This document shows, in pieces, positions 38,761 to 53,901 of a stretch of DNA of 64,000 nucleotides. The position numbers and the translations under genes are program-made. The stretch's first letter is position 1; every line of letters begins with the position of its first letter. Origin of the DNA: the human T2T-CHM13v2.0 reference genome, Homo sapiens; NCBI RefSeq assembly GCF_009914755.1, contig NC_060926.1; one strand, given 5' to 3'. The notes below the pieces were generated by a model. The model worked only from the letters and a program-made list of their open reading frames with translations, was not told the origin of the DNA and did no database searches.

Positions 38761-39419
38761 ATCCATGTGGACAGACTCCAGAGCTGGAGATTCGACCTGA
38801 ATCCAAATACTGTTCTCCCCAGAACTCCAGTTGTGAGACTTTTAAGTGGAGCTTGGAGATTAAGGAACAACCCTTTTGGGGTCATTCTTGCTAGGGCTGT
38901 ATGAAGACAGCAGGTGCACGCAGGCTACTGTGAAGTGCGGAACCACTTGGCTGGCAGCCTGGAATATAGAGGGGCAATCTTCTCAATGGGTTGTCAGGGC
39001 TACCACATTTTGGACTTGCTGCCAGGAGACCCAGGTTCAAGTCCCCACTCTGCTGCTATCTCACATTGTGACCTTGAGTGGTCACTAATCTCTCACTAGA
39101 TACTGGGCCTCGGTAGCCTCGTCTGTTAAAGGGGATGACTCAACTTGGGTAAGTCTAAAGTTTTCTCAGCTTTAAAACGCAGGGATTCCATGTGTCACCT
39201 CTCCCAGGAATATTTGTATCTGTGGAATGAAAGACCTTTTGCTGCTGTCTCAGAGAAGTATTTATGCAGGTCAGGGGTCCTTTCCCAATGCGTTGGACTC
39301 ATCCATCTGGAGGAGCTCTTCTACCGAAGGGCACTACCTTCTCACCAGGCTGTGGCAGCAGAGGGGTTAAACAGCATGCCCTGCCCTGCTCCAGGCAGAA
39401 GGGTTGTAGGACTTAATCA

Positions 39420-39545
39420 CGTTTCAGCTTGGCTGTCGGGCTGTGAGTCACGGTTGCACTGCGATTATGTAAGCACGCAGGAATAGGTGGCATGACATAT
39501 ATGCTGCCAGCAGCCACGGGCCTCGCCCTTCCGAGTCACCACTAC
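39420..39545. promoter_or_regulatory. Candidate enhancer core (AP-1, PAR-bZIP/NFIL3, AhR core motifs)
   Basis: TGAGTCA 39444-39450, TTATGTAA 39465-39472, CACGC 39474-39478 within 35 bp; locally elevated CpG in non-repeat DNA; motif evidence only. Confidence 0.45.
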
Positions 39546-40752
39546 TTTTTAAGCCTTTTTTTGGATACAAGTTTCTTTGGGTTCATCTTTGGAATGGAAA
39601 TGGAAGCATGATTGCAGAATAGGCAGAACAGGAATTATCCATCAATCAGAGAGAACCCAGACCTTTAAGAGAAGCTGGAATTAGAATATGGAATTCCTGA
39701 GCCTTGAGCTGGCATAGCCGAGCCCTGGTTTATGCTCTTCCTGCCTCCCTCCTTTTTTCCCTCCTGCCTGTGTGCTCCACTTCCTCTCCTGAGACTCCCC
39801 CAAGGTAGCATCACTCCCACCAGGAGCCTTAGGCAGGAAAAGTAAGGCCCAGAGAAGGGACTGTCCCTGGGGACGTGCACTGAGTGTGTGTGAGGGTGCG
39901 GGGCAGGAATAGGAGTGCCAGGAGTCTACCTCTGGAGCAATGCCTCCCACAGTATTTCTGTAGGGGAAAGGATAGAAACTCACTTCTTGGGTTCCTCCAA
40001 TCACCATGCACATGTCAGTCCTTCAGCTATCAATGCAAAGGAAACCCAGAACTGAGATTTGAGCTTTCTCACCATCTCCATGGTCAGATATCTCCACTGC
40101 CAAAGGGTTCATTCCGCCTCTGGGTTTATCTCTTTCTTCATGCTTCTTCCTGGCAGTGTCCTGTTGAAGCTTACCTTCCCATCTGTGTTTGCATCCACTC
40201 CCTAAAAACTACAAGACAAAACAAGAAAATAAAAGCCTCCTCCCCTCACTTAATCCACGGTTCTTTTTTCTTCCTGCTTACAAATTTCTTGAACTTGTAT
40301 GTCTGTCCTTGCTGCTTCCACTTCTTCATCTCTCATTTGTGTCTGATGCAATAGGGCAATGAAGTGTCCTTGTGGTCCCTGGTGACCTTCTCATCGCTCA
40401 ATCCCAAGGCCTTTTTTTAGTCTTCATCCAATTTAACCTCTTGGCAACATGTGACATGCTGCCAGCCAGCTGCTCCCTCTTTCTAATGCTCTCTCCTCTT
40501 GGCTTCTGTGACCCATCTCTTTACTACTCTGTCTATTTCTCCAATGCCCTCTTCCTGGTCTCTCTTGACATCTTCTCTTCCCTGATCTGCATGCCACCTA
40601 TATGGTGTACATCCTCATGTATTTATAAGTAAGTAGGTGTTTATTTCTTGTCTCCTTCCCAAGAGGATTTAAATAGGTGGCACAAATATACACTACACTA
40701 GGGTAATAAAATAGGGAATAAGATGCAACTGGTGGAGAATTAAGATCAAATT

Positions 40753-41038
40753 GGCCGGGCGCGGTGGCTCACAGCTTTAATCCCAGCACTTTGGGAGGCT
40801 TAGGCGGGAGGATCACTTGAGGTCAGGTTTGGCCAACATGGCAAAACCCCGTCTCTACTAAAAATACAAAAATTATCTGGGTGTGGTGGCGCATGCCTGT
40901 AGTCCTAGCTTCTCAGGAGGCTGAGGCAGGAGAATCGCTTGAACCTGGGAGGCGGAGGTTGCAGTGACCTGAGGTCACACTACTGCACTCCAGCCTGGAT
41001 GACACAGTGAGACTCCATCTCAAAAAAAAAAAAAAAAA
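40753..41038 (+). mobile_element. AluS with B-box deleted
   Basis: 'gaggtcaggtttggccaac' lacks the GTTCGAGACCAG segment. Confidence 0.92.
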
Positions 41039-43199
41039 GAGTAAGTTGTAGCCATAATAAATGAAGAAGATAAAACATTATTCCAAAAGACACTATAAAA
41101 TCATTAGTCCACCCAACCAATCTGATCCTGTGACTCTCCTACCAAAAAGATTCCAATGATGCATGATTGTCCAACTCCCTATATAGCCTTTCACAGTCTA
41201 ATCCCAGTGGGCTTTTCCAGGTCATTTCCTGTTTTTGAGCTTTGCTACAAGCTGATCCCTCTTCTTAAAGTGCCCCCCTGTCCACTTTCCTCTTCTTGGT
41301 GCTGCCTACTTGACAAATAGCTACTTGGTTTTTAAGACAGCTTCAACGTCACCACTTCTGTGAAGATTTCCCCTGCAAAATGTATCACTCCTTTATGGTA
41401 GCAAATAACTAAACTTCTGTAAACCTCAGTTTCTGCATCTGGGCAATGGGAATTATAATAGAACCCTAATTCATTGTGAGGATTAAATTAGACACACATG
41501 CAAAGTGCTTAATATAGCACCTGGGATGTTGCAAGCATTTACTAAATGTCAGCTAGTATTATACCTCCTTGTAAATGGAGGGAACAATAGTCCATAAGAC
41601 TAAGATATGTTCCCAAGTTAATTAGGATCCAATGGTACAGTTAGCCTAGGGCGCAGGCTACTCTGTCCCTGCCATATTTTCTCTCAAAAGTTCTTCTTCC
41701 TCAGTTCCTGGCTGTCCCCTTCTGGAAAATCCTTTCTAATTCCAAAGTTGATCCCCTCAAGTATAAACACTACTAGCTTGTTTAACTTTATTGGCACACA
41801 TGTGAGCACAGGTGCGGTTCTTGACCGGCTTCAGCTCTAATCCTGTTGCCTCGGTCTTGCTGAGATCATTGTCTCTCTAACTCACTACTAAAAGTCTGGT
41901 CTCAACCTGTACCAGGATTGCCAAATAGATTCAGAAGTCAAGGAGAAGGCATCCCATGCCAGTAGCCAGCTGAGTAGAGGGGCTGCCAGCCCCAGCCAAG
42001 GCGTTTGCTGACCCTCAGCTCCAGGAAGGCCTGGGTGACCTTAAGTCTGGCACACGGGGCAATGAACTGTGGTAGCTGCCAGGGGTGGGTTCCTGAGGGC
42101 CACCTTCTCAGCAGCCTTCTGCCTACCCCACCTGGCAGGACATGGATGTGCGTGCAGGCCTGTGTATGTCTCTCTGTGTGCAACTCTCCTCTTTGGTGGA
42201 TTCAGGGTCCTTGTGTCATTTTTCAAGGTGTCAGTCAAGAAGCATCCTTAGACTGGAGTCAGAGCCTCATGTCTTCAACCAGTAGCTGGGGAAAGCTCAT
42301 AATAATTATACCAATACTAAGGCATGGCTGGTATTATCCAAAGTGAGAAAAGAAGAGAGTAGGCTGAAGAGGCCAAATAGCTCCCACAAAGTCACACAGC
42401 TTGTTAGTGGTGCAGACGACAGCCCAGCTCTCCTGACCCTGGGCGTGGGTTTTTGCGTTCATGTCTCATGCCCCTGTCAGGAAAGAAAAACACACGAGGG
42501 TCCTTGGATGACCATATATGGCACCCTACAAATGAAAGCTACTGTGTTATTATCTTGCACTCGCAGTAAGTGCCTCATAAGAACATGCTTGGGATGACAC
42601 ATACATGGATCTGCCTCAAGGAGGGAAATCTCAGACCCTGGAAAGCAGGCATTGCACATGAAAATGAAGAATGGGCTGAGTGAGCACATGGCAGCGCCGT
42701 GTTGGGTTCCAGCTCTGAGATCTCATGCAGGACTCTCTCAGCTTCTCTAGCTGTAACACGAGAGTTTGGCAGAGATCACATTAAAGTTCCCCTTAATAAG
42801 GGGTTTTCGTGTGGTGTCAAATTGTTCCTCTGAAATAAGTATTAAAAAAAATTATAGTGAGCACATGGCATCTTGACTTTGTGTGGAGCTGACAAAACAC
42901 TTCCCATTGTATGTTCACATGCCAAAGCATGTTTCATTTTATCTTATTTTATGTAGCACATTCTTTTTCATCCTCCATGGTAACTGAGTACTTGATTGTC
43001 CGTGGCATTTTCCCTCTGAAGTACTCCAGGTAGAACACCCATCATGTTCATGGCTGACATTTTACCACCCAAGGACCTCGAGGAGAGGACCAAGTGGGGT
43101 GGTCTCCATCATGGGACAGATAAGGACAAACCTGGAGAGAAGTGTGTGAGGCCGCAGGCACTAAAAGCTCCAGGGGTGGCAGTCAGAGAGGGCCACTGG

Positions 43200-43480
43200 G
43201 AGAGGTGGCACAAACTGGCTGCATGCACCTGCGTCTGGTCTGGCCCACACAGTGTTTAGAAGAAATTGAGTTGCTAAAGTTGGAAATCAGGATATTTCAC
43301 ATTAAAAATCAGGGTTTGGGGCTTCTGCTGAAAAATGGGCACCTTTGGCCAGTTACCTCTGTGCAGAGGGTACATACTGCCCAGTCCAGCCAGAGCCCAT
43401 TCCACCTGCTCTCCTCAACACAGTCAACAGCATTTGTGGCAACTTCTCTGACTACCCAGCCTCGTGGGGGCTAAGTCGTG
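43200..43480. mobile_element. MER102-like hAT-Charlie fossil
   Basis: 'agaggtggcacaaactggc...tggcccaca...gatatttcacattaaaaatcagggtttggggcttctgctgaaaaat'; opposite orientation to the copy at 63.6 kb. Confidence 0.55.
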
Positions 43481-46400
43481 CTCAAGAAACTTATCAGGAA
43501 TTACGTTTCTCAAATGTGATGCTGCAATCTGATCCAGTTTTATTTGTGCCACAAATGGATTGCCAAAGGATGTGAGGTTTTTGCACACTTAGGTGGATCT
43601 TGTTTTCCAGATGAGGCTATGAAAGCAGAGCTTCTATGCTGGGATCACTTGTTTCATGCTAGGCACTGACTGTTCTAAGTGTTTTAACTGCCACATCACC
43701 TCATGCACGAGGGAGCTACTAATATCCCCATTTCATGCATAGAGAGACTGAAGTACAGAAAGGTAAAGCAGCTTGCTCTATGTCACACAGCCAAGAAATG
43801 GTCATACTGGGATGGGAAACTGGTAGTCAGGCTCCAGGGAACTCCAATACATGCTGCTATACCAACCATCTGGACACATAAGAGCTAGTCTGTGTTCTCA
43901 TTTGTGAAGGGACTGCCAGGAATCCCTGCCTGACAGGGAGCAAGGGAGAGAATGCACATGAAAGCACTTGGTAAGTTGCAATGTGCACCATAAATGTTAG
44001 CTGTTACTGATAATTATTATAACCTGCAGGTCAGGATTCTAGCTGGGGGCCTGTGGCCGAGGCTACCCAGCTTGTCATTCTCTCTCCAGCTACAGCTCGG
44101 GCTGCAAGAAGGGGAAAGGGTGTTATTAGCACCGATTCTTGGAATTCCAACGTGGTATGAATAAGGAATCAATTACAGGCTACACTGCAGGGTGGCCGCT
44201 GAGGTGTAGGGGCTGGTTTTCAACAGCACAAAGACAAGTTTATTCCAATACCACTTCCTCCACCACAGAGTTAAGCCCACCCATGGTCCCTGCTCCGTGC
44301 TGGGAGGTCTAGGCTTGCCCACTGCCGGGGAGAACAGGTGGATTCACACGCCCTCTCCCTGAGCCGTTCCCAGGGCATCCACGGACAGGTGTGCATTTTA
44401 TGGACGGCACACAGGTGCTGACCAAGTAAGAAAGTGGGCGCTGGGATCTAGTGCAGGCTCTGTTCTCAAGTTATGTGCCCTGGTGTGGGCTGCACCTGCA
44501 GGAGGAAGTGGTGCCTTTCTGTTTGAACAAAGGTGTGCCTGTGTGCCTCTGGGGTGTGTACTCAACTGGTCTGCCCAAAGGAGGCACCATTTTTTGTTCA
44601 TGCAAAGGCTCCACCTGGGCTAGTGGAGGCCGTGGTTGTGCACCTGAAGGAGGCAGACAACAGACTTCTTGCTGCTCAGGAACCCACCCTTACACCCAGC
44701 TCCTGATTCCTCATCGAGGCCTATGCTCTCCTCCTCTGCAGGCTCACAGTTCTGTCCAGTCCATATTCTGCCATGACTTTGTGTCATTCATTTCCCCCAC
44801 CCCCCTACAACCTCTTCTGATCCATGACAAGGTGGCCTAGGGCCAACTCCAAGATCCAAGGCCTGAACCCCATTTGCTGTCCCTTTGGCCTCTGTCCTGG
44901 GTTCCTTTCCTGGTAATCTCCTAATACCCCCACCTCACTGCCTGTATCTACTAGTTCCCCAGCCACAGGCCAGAGAATTCTCCTAAATCCTGGAGCAAAA
45001 CTGCAGATTCCTGGCTATAGATAACCTGCCTGACCAGACTTCCAAGTGCCACTATGATAATATTGCCTGATGCTGCACTCCACCCACCTGTGAGTCTAAC
45101 CAGCCTGGTCCCCCACTGTTCACTGTTTGCTTCCACCAGAGCTGGGGATTGCCTGTGACTGTGACATCAGCCTGTCCTGCCTGGCTGAGTGTCTGGGATT
45201 AGGTTGGGCCAGCAGGTCACTTTCCTCAGGACCATCACACCCTAAGGGTGAAATTGGGCTTGCTTCAGACCTTCCTATCTTGTGACTGGACTGTCTTGTG
45301 ATTGAATAAACTGTCGTGCTCAGACAAGTCCAGAGGGATGACACAGTGGAATGTTGTTCGTTACCTGGGTCTGTCCGAATATTCCCAGAACACAGAAGGT
45401 GCTCAATACATAGATTCTGAACCTTGTTGGCTGTCGCTGCTGCAGCCATTTTTACCTGAAAGGTGATTTAGAATTTCTGCAGGTGAATGTGGTGGTGGTT
45501 GCAGGGAGTTAAAAAATTCTCCCTCTTCCTACTGAGATGCACACATGCCCCCTTAGAGGTGTACCCTCTTGGAATCACTGCAGAGAGTTTCTTTGTTGAC
45601 ATTCACTCAGAAGTGACAAGCACATGTCTAGAGGAAGGGACAGGCTCCTCCATTTCTAACTTGCTTTCTGAACCATCTCTAATGATGTGCTTTTTTACTC
45701 CCATCAGCTTGGCTGACTGCCTTTGCTCAGCAGATAGTTTTGGGGATGGAGGTGGTTGCACCCCAAGCTTGCTATAAGCCTAGATTGGCTCTGCAGTCCC
45801 TAAGATTGAGCTGACCTGGGCTGGACACCCAGCATCCCTTATCCCCCTCCCCTAAACCCAAGTTGGCTGGTGATCCGGAGGCCAATGCTACCCTGGAAAG
45901 GGCCCCATTCCTCCCTGACAGAGGCCCAGGGAAGCCACCAGATCAGGTTGGACCAGCAGGCCCCTGAGAGGCACTGATGCCACTCTCCAGCCCAGAAGAG
46001 GCAGGTGCTGGTCCTGGAACATAAAGTCAAGCTTGGGGATGTCAGGGGCATTGGCTCCAACACCTCCCTGGCCCTCCCCTTACCCACAGGGGCTGACAGG
46101 GACAGAACCCATTATTCCTGTTAATACATGGTCTGGGAAGTGACAGGGCACATACGAGGACCAAGCCAGAGGGGAAGCCAGAAATCCTACTGCCTGGCAC
46201 CCCCCTCTCCAAGTCTTTTTAGGAGCCATTCTAGGGCTTCGTGGGCAGCTGGGCTTCTCTGGTGATCTCAGCGGTCCAGGCTTGTGCAAGTCCCCCAAGC
46301 TCCCACCCACCTCCACCAGCCTGGTGGGGCCCTGACTCATTCCCGCCTGATTGGGCAACCAGCTTTTGGAGACTGACCTTGGAAATAGTAGCAGTGAGGC

Positions 46401-46580
46401 CGGCTGGAAGCTAACTGGGAACAGCATCCATAGGATTTATGCTGGCCTCAGCAAGGCAGTGTTTGGTGAAGTAGGAGACATTGGACTATACTGTCTTTCT
46501 TCCTCTCGGTCTCCCACCATGCCCCTCCTCCCATCCTCTGGAATCCTCCGGCCCATATGCTGCTGCCTTTCACTCCCTAG

Positions 46581-47201
<621 letters not shown>

Positions 47202-48359
47202 TAGGTTGAAAAGGCACTGATAATCTAGGTCACTTTACTTGGAGAAGGAAATCATTGTTGTGTATTATCTTTCCTGGTAGCATCTGCATCCCTAACTGTA
47301 GGAAGAACTGAAAGAGGTCTACCATGGTAGGATTGCAGACATTAGGTGAACGGGAGAAATTTGCAGTTAGAAGAGTCTTCCTGTTCACTATCAAATCATG
47401 CCATATACTGAGGGAATTACCCAAATTGCTCAAGAGTGGCTCTTTCTTCTCTTCCTTTGGTCTCCATCTCTCCAGGCTTCTAAAACCCTGAGTTGTGGCG
47501 ATGCATGTTTTAAAACGAGGTCCTACTGAAATATAGGCTAATGTGTTTGAGGTCTGGTAAAATGTTCAGAATGTTTATATGCACTCTGGTGTATCTTGGA
47601 CTGTGCTTTTTTAATTCAGATGCTGTCTGATTTTTAAACGGATTGTGGGTGAAAAAGAAAAGAAGGGGAAAAGCAACAACTTTCTGTAAGCATAATAATG
47701 ATATTTTAACTTGAAATTGATCAAGAAAGGGCTGGAAAACACTTTCTATGAATGCTTATTCAAATGTCCCAAAGAATCTTGATGAATTCTTATAAATGAA
47801 TTTTATGATTACTCTGTAGTGAGCTGTGAAAGGAACACAGCTGCAGACAGAAAAACTAGGAATGTTGCTCTGGACTAGGTGATATATGCTAATGATCTGG
47901 ACAGCCGTACCTAGCCACTTTGCCATAGAAAAGCTAAAGGATTACTGATATGTAATTTTTATAACTGTTCTGCTTCTATATTATTTGGGGGAAAAATGGG
48001 ATTTTGCCAAAGGCTGACTTACACTGTGATATTCCTGAATGTGATGTGAATGTGTAATTGCAACTGGAATGTCCTGCCTGAAGGTAGTAGGGGGCCCATC
48101 GCCTGCATGCAACAGTGCCCTGGAATCCCAGCCCAGGATTTCAGCTCAGTCTGTGCAGCAGGCTGTCAGTTTAGGTTTTTGTCGACATCTGTGATCTGAT
48201 GCTCAGATAGTCAGAGAATACCATGAAAGACACACGGGGGCCTGGAAATTGCCCTGTTTAACTGTTGGGACTACAGTTATCTCATTGCAGTGCCTGGTGT
48301 GTTTTCTGGGCCAGTTTTGATGTTTGAGTTGAGATGTTAGAGGTGGTTAGCATGGTGAC

Positions 48360-49190
48360 TGTATAGGAAAAACACTCCTTTCCCCCCATATATTCTCAGA
48401 TAATTATAAGAATTCCCCTCATAATTCTTCATTTATGACACCAGATATGTGAGCTCTTCTGACACCAACCAATTCTCCAACACTCCAGGATACCAACTGG
48501 GTGTCCTACAATTTAACTCAATTCTAACGCTATTTATAATTAATGCAGTCCCCACAGGTTAAGGGCTCAGTCCTACCAGATTGCCTCCTACTTCAGATGC
48601 CAATCAAAAGTAGTACATCCCCAGGTTACCCACTCTCCTGTCTGACTTGGCTACAAGTCGGGAGTTCCCACAACCTCCTCCCCAGGTTTGATAATTTGCT
48701 CTGACAAATTATACTCACAGAACTTGGAGAGAGACTTATGTTTATTGGCTTATTATAAAGGATATGATAATGAATACAGATGAACAGGCAAATGAAGAGG
48801 TACACAGGGTGAGGTCTGGAAGGGTCTGATTGCAGGAGCTTCTGTCTCCAGTGAGTCAGGGCACACCACCTTCCTGGCACATAGATGTGTTCACCAACCC
48901 AGGTCTCTGAACCCTGTACTTTGGCGACTTTTATTAGGCTTAATCAAGAAGGCATGAATGGTTATTAATTCAACCTCTAGCCCCTCTTCTTTCCTGGAGG
49001 ATAGGGGTGGGGTGTGGCTGAAAGTTCCAAGCTTCTAATCACGGCTTGGGCTTTTTGGTGACCGGCTTCCACCCTGAAGCTGTCCAGGAGCCCATCAAGG
49101 GTTGCTTCTTTAGAATGAAAGATGCTCCTATCATCCATGAAATTCCAAGAGATTAAAAGAAAAAAAAAAAGAAATTCCAAGAGATTTAGT
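48360..49190. mobile_element. MER21-type LTR
   Basis: 'caccaaccaattctccaacac...caactgggtgtcctacaatttaactcaattct...ccacaggttaagggctcagtcc...ttcagatgccaatc...gaaagttccaagcttctaatca...gaaattccaag'. Confidence 0.75.
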
Positions 49191-49347
49191 CCATAGCTTC
49201 CATCTCTAGGTTGCTCATGGTCTACATAGCTGTTGAAATCTAGGAATAACATTTGTGTTCTAGGCAGGAAGTAGAAGGAGGTGAGGAAGAGTAAAAAGGA
49301 AGGTGCAATCTCCAGCTGCCTGTGTCTCTTTAAAGAGTCTTTTTCTA

Positions 49348-49643
<296 letters not shown>

Positions 49644-50121
49644 GAGTCTTTTTCTGTGCGCTATGCTCCCCCTAACAGCTTCTACTCATGTTTCCTTAGC
49701 TAAAATAATGTCACATGGCCACACTGTTTTAAAAGAGGCTGAAAAATGTGGTCATTCCTGATAAAGTTGGGGTTTTGTTACTCAGGAAGAACAGGAGAGT
49801 AGTACTGGGTAGGCAAACAGTCTGTAATTGTTGTCTAATTATATCTGACTCAAGAAGGTTGTGCTTTTGGGTAGTCTTGAATAGTTATTTTTCTATGCTG
49901 AGGATTTGGGAGATGCTAAGTGAGCTGAAAAGTATCTGTATATATACAAAGTCCATGGATGAAACTGTAATCAGGTTTAAAAATTAATATGGCCCTTCAA
50001 TCCCTTTACGAGTCCCTTGATCACTGATCTAATCTGTTTGGTCAGCTTTGAAAACAATGGCTGAGGGTAGTTCTGGTTTAAAATGGCACCTGATTAACAG
50101 CCTTTAATATAGCATCTCTCA

Positions 50122-50443
<322 letters not shown>

Positions 50444-51194
50444 TCAACTTTTCAATAAAATATCTAGGAAGCCATGGCAGGGAGTGGTGAGGAGAAAGCT
50501 CATAACCAGCCTCAAAACTAAATCTAATGGACAGTGCTGACCCAGAATTTCAGAGGAATCTTTAATGCAGATGAATGATGGTTAACTTCAATTCATGTGG
50601 CTCATGAAACAGAGCTTACCTGAAAACTCAAGACCATTCAGACATCACCACTGTTTAGCTCTTCACTCAAAGACCCAGCTGTCCCTCTGCTGTGGGTCCT
50701 GTGAACCAATCCATATTGATTCTCCTCCTCCTTCTTTGTTATTTGTTTGCATCTATTTAAAGACAGCAGAAATCCCCCAGAAGTTAACTAGAGAGTAAAT
50801 AGTGGAGTTGGGGAGGTGCATGTACGTGTATAGACATTAAGGTAAGGAACCACAGTAGTACCCCTATCCTGGGTCATATAAGCCCTACAAGTAAAGAGCT
50901 GCTAGAGTGGGTATGGAGAGAAAAAGCTTTGTTGGAACCCGTCGGAACTATAGCTTTTCAAGAATCACGTTGGCTGAAAGTATGAGGTGCAGAGTTTAAA
51001 TGGATGAATACCCAGCAGAAGTCAGGACTGGACTGCATGTTATGTACTCCAATCTGCTCTTCAGCTGTGTGGCTGAGAATGGAGTTTGACCTTCACACAA
51101 ATAGAAATGGAGCTAGGGAAAAATCCACACACATAATTTGTTGTCAAATACTGAGTTAGATAGCATTCTCCTTTTAAAAATGTCTTAAACATGA

Positions 51195-51435
51195 CTGAGA
51201 GGCAGTCTAGCATTGATACTCTGGAGCCAGACTGTCTGGGTTCAAATCCTGACTCCACCACTTACAGCTCTGTGACCATGGGCAAGTTACCTAATGTTGA
51301 TGTCTCAGCATTTGTATTTGTAAAATGAGGTTAATAATGCTTCTTACTTCATAGAGTTGTTGTGAGATTGCATGAGTCAATACATAGAAATACTTGGAAG
51401 AGCACACAGTAAGCACTCAACAAGTGCAAGCTGTA
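51195..51435 (+). mobile_element. MIR SINE
   Basis: 'ctctggagccagactgtctgggttcaaatcctgactccaccacttacagctctgtgaccatgggcaagttaccta'. Confidence 0.85.
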
Positions 51436-52082
51436 TTATGATGATGAAGATTATGATTTTAAAAATCATAAGATCATAAGAGAAAGAATCAATATAATAT
51501 GAAACATATAAATAAATTACAGAAACAAAGGAATGGGAATAGCAGATTGAAGATTCAGAGACCAAATGTATTTTCAAAAATAATGTAAATGCAGGTTCTG
51601 AAGAAAATTTTAGGAGGCTGCTTGATATCCTCAGTAAAGTAAAAGAAGATGGGGTCTTTATGAAGCAGGACATAAAACCACAAAGAGATAGAATAAGATG
51701 GCAAAATATTAAAATGCACATTGAACCAATAAAGAACAGAATTGATAACACAGGAGAGGAAAGCAGAAATATGTGAAGAACAAGCTTGAAAAGTCCTCCA
51801 AGAATGCAGAAAGGGAAAAAAAAATCAAGTGAGAGAATAAATACAGAAAATAGAAAATCGAGACATGACTCAGAACAGAACAAATGGGATAGAAATAATT
51901 ACTTAACTATGGTATAATATAAAAGAATATTTTCAGACTGCCAGAAAGAGCCTTATATATTGATTAAAAGTGATTTCCTCCTTTTGTATCAAGTCGATGG
52001 AAAGAGACTCACATTTAGGCACACCAGGCAAAATGAGCGAAGCATTCAGGCTGAGGAGGCAAGTTTAAAAATTAAACTGGCT

Positions 52083-52373
52083 GGCTGGGCGTGGTGGCTC
52101 TCGCCTGTAATCCCAGCACTTTCGGAGGCTGAGGTGGGTGGATCATGAGGTCGGGAGTTCAAGACCAGCCCAACCAACACGGTGAAACCCCATCTCTACT
52201 AAAAATACAAAAATTAGCCGGGTGTGGTGGTGTGCGCCTGTAATCCCAGCTACTCAGGAGGCTGAGGCAGAAGAATCGCTTGAACCTGAAAGGTGGAGGT
52301 TGAGCCAAGAGTGTGCCACTGCACTCCAGCCTGGGGGATAGAGCTAGACTCCATCTCAAAAAAAAAAAAAAAA
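52083..52373 (+). mobile_element. AluS
   Basis: Full-length with a short deletion; TSD AAAATTA(A/G)ACTGGCT. Confidence 0.93.
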
Positions 52374-53078
52374 ATTAGACTGGCTGTATATATCTCCTCT
52401 GTAATATTAAATGCTAACAAGAGATAAAAGCATAATTGTTTGCCAATGATATTATTATCCACCTGGAATATGTAACAGAAGCAGCAGAAAAAATTTCCAG
52501 GATTAATAAGCAAGTTCATTATCATGATCAGTTTAAAACTAATATTTGAAAGCAATAATTTTCTTATTTCCTAGCAATAAAAGTTTACTGGGGTGCTGGG
52601 AGACTGAATGACACCTTTGATAGACTCATGGAGCATGGACACAGGCGAAGGAAGCCTGACAAGCCCTCCTCTCTTTAGACTGAGACCCCAAAGGGTTGTC
52701 TGCACCCTAGGAGTAACGTTGAACCAGAAGTAAATAGACCTTCAGAGGGGGTGCAACTCAGCTTTACTTATCCAGTCTCTGAAGCTGGATTAAAGTGATC
52801 CCAGGGTATGAGTGTTTCCAGGCACATGGCAGAAGTAACATAAATTTGCCCTGGGAAAAAATACAATAGAGGTTTAATTCACCAGGAAGATATAACAACA
52901 CTAAATATGTATGTATCTAATAATATTATTGTTTGAGCTAAGTAATAGCAAAAATACTGTGTATCCAAACTTGAGGGATGCAGATAAAACTTTTCCTACA
53001 GGAAAATATGTATGTAAATATTAATATATATGTATAATGTAACACTTATATATTGAATAATATGTAAATATATATATA

Positions 53079-53413
<335 letters not shown>

Positions 53414-53901
53414 TTATATAAATTAACTTAATATATAAAAATACATAAATATATAAAATGTGTATATATATATAAACAAGCTAAAGATGGGAGAAATTAG
53501 CTAGTAGTATCAAGATTTATTACAAAACTATAGCAATTAAGATTTTGTCATATTGGTTCAAGGATGGACAACTTTATCAATGAATTAAAATAATAAAACA
53601 GATATGTGAACCATTAATTATGTCAAAGGTGACACTATAGAGCACAGGTGAAAGGAATGTCTTATCAATGAATGTGTGGGGATATTTAGATACCCATTTG
53701 GAAAAAAATAAAGCTTGGCTTTCGCTTCATACATACACAAAAACAAAATGTAAATAAGTGATTCTTTTAAAGAAAAGGCAAAACAATAAAAGTCTTAGAT
53801 GGTAATATAAAAGAATATCATCATGATCTCAGCATAAGGCAAGACTCCTCAAGTAGAACATAAAAAGCACTAACCATAAAGAAAAAGACTGACATATACA
53901 A

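Noticed and set aside
40820-40840. Alu B-box deletion as a functional novelty
   Set aside because: Small internal deletions in Alus are common; it only predicts loss of Pol III activity.
45425-45460. AAAATGGCTGCAGCAGCG on the minus strand as the start of a second retrocopy
   Set aside because: The downstream ORF (MAAAATANKVQ...) has no recognisable homology, tail or TSD.
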